A stretch of 64,000 bases of DNA, taken from an uncultured Bacteroidales bacterium. GTDB lineage: Bacteria; Bacteroidota; Bacteroidia; Bacteroidales; WCHB1-69. Both the position numbers and the translations under genes were made by a program. Of the stretch, positions 58,900 to 64,000 are shown piece by piece; position 1 is the stretch's first letter, and each line of letters opens with the position of its first letter. The stretch covers positions 39,299 through 103,298 of the forward strand of contig CAMVBK010000003.1 in assembly GCA_947165685.1 (NCBI GenBank). The letters run 5' to 3'. The notes under the pieces are model-generated. The model made no database searches and was not told the origin of the DNA. It saw only the letters and a list, made by a program, of their open reading frames with translations.

Positions 58900-59838
58900 A
58901 TGCCCCGAGGAAAATCCACATGCAAAGTACTGAAGGAGGTGCGGCGGAGGGTCGCCGAAGCCAACAACATCCCGCTGCAGGAGCGCGAATGCACTCACAC
59001 GGGCGACTGCGCGGGCACGTGCCCCTACTGCGAGTCGGAGGTGCGCTACCTCGAGCGCGAGCTGTCGAAACGGCGCGCCCTCGGCAAGGCCGTGGCGGTG
59101 GCGGGCATCGCCCTCTCGGCGGTGACGATGGCCGGTTGCGCGACTTCCGAGCCCGTGAGTTCCGATTCTTCGAACAACCCCAGAAAGACTCCTTTCCGGG
59201 ATATAAAGTCTGCTCTTTCTTGGATGGGCGCCATTGTTGTAGAAAACAATGACAAGCCGGACGCTTGTAATCCGGAAAAGAACAAGTCGAAGAAAAAGAA
59301 GCGGCAGGAAAATTGCGATACCTTGCAGTTGCGGGGAATTGTACTCGACCCTGAATCAAGGCACGATACGGCCCAAAAGGAGATCACTTTCGATGAAAGT
59401 CTTCTGCTCGATGAGGGTGAGGATAAGCAAAAAACGGGAAATGACGAAGTCATTGTTGGCTTGGTGGATGATCAGGGTTTTCAAAATCGGATCTTCAACG
59501 AAGAACAACGAATTGCTTCTGAGTCAATTCCGGGTTTTACACCGGCCGTTTTCATGGAAGGCCAGTTCGAGGAATGGCTGCGCGGCCAGCTTCAAAAGTT
59601 CCAGTCTTACATGCAGGATCCGCGTCTTGATCCCGTGGAAATCCGCTTTTTCGTGGAAGAAGACGGTTCCGTGTCGTTGATCAACGTCCAGAACATGCCG
59701 GAAATTTACAAACAGGAAGACGAGGCGTTCCGCGCGAAAGTTACCGCAGTGGTCAGCGGTTCCGAATGGACACCGGCGACCGTTTCAGGCAAGCCCATCT
59801 CCTCCATCGTCACCGTCCACCTGCGGGATCTTCGGTAA
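58900..59838 (+). CDS. Cys-rich N-terminal domain / TM / TonB-C-like protein, paralog 2
   Basis: The first 212 nt are near-identical to 57324-57535. The C-terminus AVFMEGQFEEWLRGQL....VEIRFFVEEDGSVSLINV....EAFRAKV...SEWTPATVSGKPISS is TonB_C-like. Confidence 0.55.
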   Translation: MPRGKSTCKVLKEVRRRVAEANNIPLQERECTHTGDCAGTCPYCESEVRYLERELSKRRALGKAVAVAGIALSAVTMAGCATSEPVSSDSSNNPRKTPFRDIKSALSWMGAIVVENNDKPDACNPEKNKSKKKKRQENCDTLQLRGIVLDPESRHDTAQKEITFDESLLLDEGEDKQKTGNDEVIVGLVDDQGFQNRIFNEEQRIASESIPGFTPAVFMEGQFEEWLRGQLQKFQSYMQDPRLDPVEIRFFVEEDGSVSLINVQNMPEIYKQEDEAFRAKVTAVVSGSEWTPATVSGKPISSIVTVHLRDLR

Positions 59839-59855
59839 TCAGCAAATTGTTACAT

Positions 59856-59890
59856 AAACTCCTAAACTCCTAATCTCCTAAACTCCTAAT
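59856..59890. repeat. Tandem aaactcct/aatctcct octamer tract (CYYCTAAA family)
   Basis: taaactcctaaactcctaatctcctaaactcctaa. Overlaps the last codons of the minus-strand gene 59878-60288. Confidence 0.85.
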
Positions 59891-60288
59891 TCACGAATCC
59901 TCCCATTCTCAAAATCAATCTCAAACACCTTCTTCTCCAGCCCGTTCGTCACGCACAGCAGAGGGGCCTTTAGGACGCTGTTGTAGCGGGCGGCCTGTTC
60001 CGCTACCTTCTGCGTGAGCTTCACATGCGGGGCCTTGCATTCCACCACCATGTACGGCTGCAACGCATCATCGAAGATCACCAGGTCGTAACGCTGGGTC
60101 ATCCCGTTGACCGTCACGGCGTGCTCGACGGAGAGGTGCGACAACGGGAACCCCTTGACATTCAGCAGGTAGAGGATGAAAATCTGTCGGACACGCTCCT
60201 CGGGCGTGAGCACGACCCACTTCTGCCGCACGGGGTCGAAAACCTCCTGCTGTGCATCGTTTTCCCGTATTTTCAATGTAAATGCCAT
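59878..60288 (-). CDS. Type I restriction enzyme HsdR N-terminal domain-like stand-alone protein
   Basis: 136 aa. PEERVRQ.F..YL......P...L.VE.......RYDLVIFD....YMVVECKAP is the HsdR_N (PD-(D/E)XK-like) pattern common as a solo gene in Bacteroidota. Confidence 0.7.
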   Translation of the reverse strand: MAFTLKIRENDAQQEVFDPVRQKWVVLTPEERVRQIFILYLLNVKGFPLSHLSVEHAVTVNGMTQRYDLVIFDDALQPYMVVECKAPHVKLTQKVAEQAARYNSVLKAPLLCVTNGLEKKVFEIDFENGRIRELGV

Positions 60289-60334
60289 TTCTGCTGTCCT
60301 CTATCCTTGTTTATTTACCATTCCTAATTCATAG

Positions 60335-61486
60335 TTACCCTAATTTCGCCTTGTACGAGGCGTAGTCGCCGGGTTGCGCGAGCATCTCGAACTGGCCGTC
60401 CTGGTGGATGACCCCGATGGCGGGATGCGCCACCCCGTTGAAGAAGGTGGTTTTCACCATCGTGTAGTGGATCATGTCGTCGAAGACGATGCGGTCGCCG
60501 ATCTCCAACGGCTCCTTGAAGGCGAAGTCGCCCATGCCGATGAAGTCGCCGGCGAGGCAGGAGCAGCCGCCTAAACGATAGACGTACTTGCTGTGTTCGT
60601 CGGGTTCGGAGGCGTCCAAGACCGTCGGCTTGTAGGGCATTTCAAGGCAGTCGGGCATGTGGCAGGCGAAGGAGACGTTGAGCATTGCGATTTTGATGCC
60701 CTTGTTCACCACGATGTCCTCCACGGTGGAGGTCAGCACGCCGGTCTGCCAGCCCACGGCCTCGCCCGGTTCGAGAATCACCTCTTGGAGGTTGGGGTAG
60801 CGTTTTCGGAAGTCCTGCAGCAGGCCGATGAGGTGCGGGATGTCGTAGTCGGCGCGGGTGATGTGGTGGCCGCCGCCCATGTTGAACCACTTGCACTGCC
60901 GGATGAGGTCGGAGAATTTCTCCTCCACGGCCTTCAGGCAGCGTTCGAGGGCGTAGCTGTCGTTTTCGCAGAGCACGTGGAAATGCAGCCCCTCGATGCC
61001 TTCGGGCAGCGTGTCGGGCATGTCCTCGCGCAGGATGCCTAAGCGCGACCCGGGCACGGCGGGGTTGTAGAGATCGGTCTCGATTTCCGAATATTCGGGG
61101 TTGATGCGCAGTCCGAGCGAGACCTTCTTGGAAAAGGCCATCGCCTGTTCGCGGAACCTCTCGTACTGTCCCAACGAGTTGAACGTCAGGTGACTGCTGT
61201 ACATGAGCAGCTGTTCGAAGTCTTGGTCGGTATAGACGGGGGCGTAGGTGTGGGCCTCGCAGCCCATCTCCTCGGCGATGAGCCTCGCTTCGTTGAGGGA
61301 GCTGGCGGTGGCGCCGCTGAGCCACTCGCGGATGAGCGGGAACGACGGCCAGAAAGCGTAGCCTTTGAGGGCGCAGATGATCCTCACGCCGGCCTCTTTC
61401 TGCACGAGGTCCAGCAGTTGCAGGTTGGCTAACAAGGCTTCCTCCGAGAGGATGTAGCACGGGGAGGGTAGGGTGTTGTAATTCAT
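60335..61486 (-). CDS. nspC: Carboxynorspermidine/carboxyspermidine decarboxylase
   Basis: 383 aa. TLPSPCYILSEEALLANL, ICALKGYAFW, and HFHVLCEN...FNMGGGHHIT is an Orn/DAP/Arg decarboxylase fold lacking the PLP lysine context of LysA. Confidence 0.8.
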   Translation of the reverse strand: MNYNTLPSPCYILSEEALLANLQLLDLVQKEAGVRIICALKGYAFWPSFPLIREWLSGATASSLNEARLIAEEMGCEAHTYAPVYTDQDFEQLLMYSSHLTFNSLGQYERFREQAMAFSKKVSLGLRINPEYSEIETDLYNPAVPGSRLGILREDMPDTLPEGIEGLHFHVLCENDSYALERCLKAVEEKFSDLIRQCKWFNMGGGHHITRADYDIPHLIGLLQDFRKRYPNLQEVILEPGEAVGWQTGVLTSTVEDIVVNKGIKIAMLNVSFACHMPDCLEMPYKPTVLDASEPDEHSKYVYRLGGCSCLAGDFIGMGDFAFKEPLEIGDRIVFDDMIHYTMVKTTFFNGVAHPAIGVIHQDGQFEMLAQPGDYASYKAKLG

Positions 61487-61706
61487 AAATCAGGAATTAT
61501 ATGGGGTTCTGGGATTGGGGGAGGGGAGTTGGGCGAGTTTGACGGGGCGGCAAAGATAGCATATTTTTGTATTGAATAATTGTGTAGTTTTGCACGTTGA
61601 TATTCCGGCTCTTTTGGCGGGGCGGCAACCTCCGGAAATTCAGGAGGCCGCCAGAATAACCGGGACTGGATAAATGGCAATTTTTAACATCAAATAATAA
61701 TATCGT

Positions 61707-62939
61707 ATGAGACAAGAAAAACTCTTCAACGGCAAAACATTGGCGATTCTTTCCGGCGGCGGCGACACCCCGGCCATCAATTCCAGCATCGAGGCGGTGC
61801 GCAACCGTGCCTCCATGCTCGGCTTCCGCGTCTATGGCGTGCTGCGCGGCTGGAAGGGCCTGCTCGGCGACGGCGACATCGTCGATTTGACCAATATCCC
61901 CTACAACGGCCTCTACGGCGGCACCGCGCTGCTCTCCTCCCGCACCAACCCCTTCCCGAGCAAGAAGAGCCCCGAGGACCGTTCCCAGCAGATTCTCCGC
62001 AACATCGAACGCTACAAGATCGACGTTTTGGTGACCATCGGCGGTGACGACACCAACGGCGCGGCCAAGAAGATGTACGAGAAATACGGCATCCCGGTCA
62101 TCGGCTTCCCGAAGACCATCGACAACGACCTTCGCACCCACACCTACCACCACTACAACGGTCAGCAGCACGAGACGGTGCTCTGTCCGGGTTTCCCGTC
62201 CGGTGCCATGGCCATCAAGAAGCTGACCGCCAAGCTGCACACCACCAACGAGTCGCACCAGCGCATCATGGTGCTTGAGGTGATGGGCCGCGACGCGGGT
62301 TGGCTCACCGGCACGGCCTCCTTCGGCGGCGCCCAGCTGGCCCTCGTGCCCGAGGTGGAGATGACCAAGGAACGTAAGGAGTTCTTCTTCGAGACGGTCA
62401 AGGAGATGTACATGCGTTCCCCGAAGCACAGCCTCATCATCGCCGCCTCCGAGGGTGTGCGCTGGTGGGATGACGAGAAGGAGGAACTCGGCATGGTGTA
62501 TGCCAGCTCCGATCTTGACGAGTACGGTCATCCGCGCTTCGGCGGTGTGAGCGGCGTCATCGCATCGGAAATCAACAAGAAGCTCGGCATCGAGGCCCGC
62601 GGCCAGATCTCCGGCTACATCCCGCGCTCCGGCAAGTGCTACGAGTACGACCGCCGGCTGACCTCCACGTTGGCCGACAAGGTCGTCGATCTGCTGCTCC
62701 GCGAGGACTACGGCAAGATGCCCGTTTTGCGCGACATCGTGCCCTACGACGAGCTTGAGGAGTTCCACACCGACGCCATCGAGATGGGCAACGTCGGCAA
62801 CTTCCCGCTGCCCGCCGCCTACTACGACCCCAACAAGTTCATGTTCACCGACCAATACACCGACTTCCTGACCAACATCATCGGTGCACCCTACCGCATG
62901 GAGTTCACGCAGAATTTCCCGATTGTAATCCCGGAATAA
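61707..62939 (+). CDS. pfp: Pyrophosphate-dependent phosphofructokinase (PPi-PFK)
   Basis: ILSGGGDTPAIN, IGGDDTNG (Asp where ATP-PFKs have Gly), GFPKTIDNDL (Lys where ATP-PFKs have Gly), and MGR.AGW. Confidence 0.8.
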   Translation: MRQEKLFNGKTLAILSGGGDTPAINSSIEAVRNRASMLGFRVYGVLRGWKGLLGDGDIVDLTNIPYNGLYGGTALLSSRTNPFPSKKSPEDRSQQILRNIERYKIDVLVTIGGDDTNGAAKKMYEKYGIPVIGFPKTIDNDLRTHTYHHYNGQQHETVLCPGFPSGAMAIKKLTAKLHTTNESHQRIMVLEVMGRDAGWLTGTASFGGAQLALVPEVEMTKERKEFFFETVKEMYMRSPKHSLIIAASEGVRWWDDEKEELGMVYASSDLDEYGHPRFGGVSGVIASEINKKLGIEARGQISGYIPRSGKCYEYDRRLTSTLADKVVDLLLREDYGKMPVLRDIVPYDELEEFHTDAIEMGNVGNFPLPAAYYDPNKFMFTDQYTDFLTNIIGAPYRMEFTQNFPIVIPE

Positions 62940-62973
62940 GTGATTGGTGATTAGTGATTGGTGATTAGTGAAT
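62940..62973. repeat. Tandem heptamer tract gtgattg/gtgatta x4
   Basis: gtgattggtgattagtgattggtgattagtgaat, immediately after the pfp stop. Confidence 0.9.
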
Positions 62974-63079
62974 AAAACAATTAACTTAAAAATAATTCCT
63001 TGAGCAGCCCTGTAAGGGCAAGATATGTCAGCCCAGAGTAAAGCCGGAGGCCGCAGCCCTGGGTTAAAATGAAAAAGTC

Positions 63080-64000
63080 ATGGCAGAATTTATCATCGAA
63101 GGCGGCCATCGGTTGCACGGCGAGATCACCCCGCAGGGCGCGAAGAACGAAGCCCTGCAGGTGCTCTCGGCCGTCTTGCTGACGCGTGAGCCCGTCACCA
63201 TTTCCAATATCCCCGACATCCTCGACACGCGGCGTTACATGGACATCCTGAAGCTGATGGGGGTGAAAGTGACCCGCATTGACGCGCACACGTTCACTTT
63301 CCAGGCCGAGGACGTCGATTTCGAGCAGTTGCACACGGAAGAGTTTGTGCGGCTGTCGGCCAAGATCCGTGCCTCCATCATGGTGCTCGGCCCGCTGTTG
63401 GGCCGATACGGCAAGGCCTACTCTGGCAAGCCCGGCGGCGACCAGATCGGGCGCCGCCCGCTGACCACCCACTTCGAAGGCTTGGAGAAGTTAGGCGCAG
63501 TGATTTCCACTTCGCCCGACGAGAAGTTCTTCGAGTTGGAGGCCAAGCAATTGAAAGGCTGCTATATGCAGCTGAACGAGCCCTCCGTGACGGGCACCGC
63601 CAACATTGTGATGGCGGCGGTGCTGGCGGAAGGGGAGACCACCATCTTCAACGCCGCCTGCGAACCCTATCTCTACCAGCTTTGCACCATGCTCAACAAG
63701 ATGGGCGCGAGGATTGAAGGTATCGGTTCTAATCTGCTCAAAATAAAGGGCGTCAAGGAGTTGCACGGATGCGAACACCGCATCTTCCCCGACATGATCG
63801 AGGTGGGCAGCTTTATCGGCATGGCTGCGATGACCCAGTCGGAGCTTACCATCAAGGAGTGCGCCTGCGACCATCTCGGGCTCATCCCCTACACGTTTGC
63901 GAAGATGGGCGTGAAGTTCGACCGGGTGGGCGACGACCTCGTGGTGCACGGGCAGGAGCCGTACAGCATCTACACCAACCCGATGGATGCCTCCATCCTG
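63080..64000 (+). CDS. murA: UDP-N-acetylglucosamine 1-carboxyvinyltransferase, 3' end outside window
   Basis: Absent from the ORF track because no stop falls in the window. MAEFIIEGGHRLHGEITPQGAKNEALQVLSAVLLT...KPGGDQIGRRPLTTH. The frame stays open to 64000. Confidence 0.9.
   Translation, partial: MAEFIIEGGHRLHGEITPQGAKNEALQVLSAVLLTREPVTISNIPDILDTRRYMDILKLMGVKVTRIDAHTFTFQAEDVDFEQLHTEEFVRLSAKIRASIMVLGPLLGRYGKAYSGKPGGDQIGRRPLTTHFEGLEKLGAVISTSPDEKFFELEAKQLKGCYMQLNEPSVTGTANIVMAAVLAEGETTIFNAACEPYLYQLCTMLNKMGARIEGIGSNLLKIKGVKELHGCEHRIFPDMIEVGSFIGMAAMTQSELTIKECACDHLGLIPYTFAKMGVKFDRVGDDLVVHGQEPYSIYTNPMDASIL

Noticed and set aside
62981-63949. Minus-strand ORFs 62981-63472 and 63491-63949.
   Set aside because: Both are antisense to the clearly recognisable murA reading frame, which is missing from the ORF track only because it has no stop in the window.
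1-64000. Search by eye for tRNA, rRNA, tmRNA, riboswitch or CRISPR features in the larger spacers (1048-1171, 3100-3247, 20416-20723, 46977-47082, 53195-53290, 58266-58379, 62974-63079).
   Set aside because: I could find no cloverleaf-compatible segments or conserved riboswitch cores. The spacer upstream of murA (62990-63060) has short GC stems (gccct/agggc, cccag/ctggg), but nothing I can assign. A covariance-model scan would be needed.

Overview
This is a 64-kb chromosomal window from a Bacteroidota (Bacteroidales-like) genome. Supporting signs are many TAnnTTTG -7 promoter boxes, T9SS C-terminal sorting domains and typical Bacteroidales gene families. By eye the backbone is GC-rich (roughly 55-60%; not computed). 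It carries ordinary housekeeping genes: xseA, tpiA, murC, lptB, rplM-rpsI, rpsB-tsf, fba, rnhA, nspC, PPi-PFK, murA, OmpA/TonB-dependent/OM-barrel proteins, a COG0523 GTPase, MFS, patatin and YfcC. Four accessory patches are embedded in it. (1) 1.0-3.2 kb: two DUF4143 AAA ATPase cassettes (one decayed), each bounded by a copy of the last 30-40 bp of the upstream SH3-membrane gene. (2) 17.4-29.8 kb: an AT-rich RHS/YD polymorphic-toxin array with a 5'-truncated RHS core gene plus three orphan toxin/immunity cassettes (tails include two HExxH domains and a GH19-like muramidase). It is bracketed by two inverted, mosaic AAA/PD-(D/E)XK ATPase paralogs. (3) 34.7-40.9 kb: a second, unrelated RHS fragment array. 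It sits directly behind a 109-aa signal-peptide/YD/T9SS-CTD mini-protein and an FG-GAP T9SS cargo protein. (4) 56.8-59.8 kb: HicAB and YoeB-type TA pairs interleaved with two paralogs of a Cys-rich/TonB-C-like membrane protein that share a near-identical 212-bp 5' end. Intergenic spacers are unusually often filled with short tandem 7-9-mers (TTTAGRR/CYYCTAAA family and others). I recognised no rRNA, tRNA, CRISPR, transposase or integrase genes. The best candidate for something undescribed is the RHS toxin machinery: it lacks any T6SS/PAAR context, is physically coupled to T9SS-sorting-domain genes, and includes orphan toxin modules that appear to carry their own promoter and start codon. All family assignments come from motif recognition by eye; no database search was possible.
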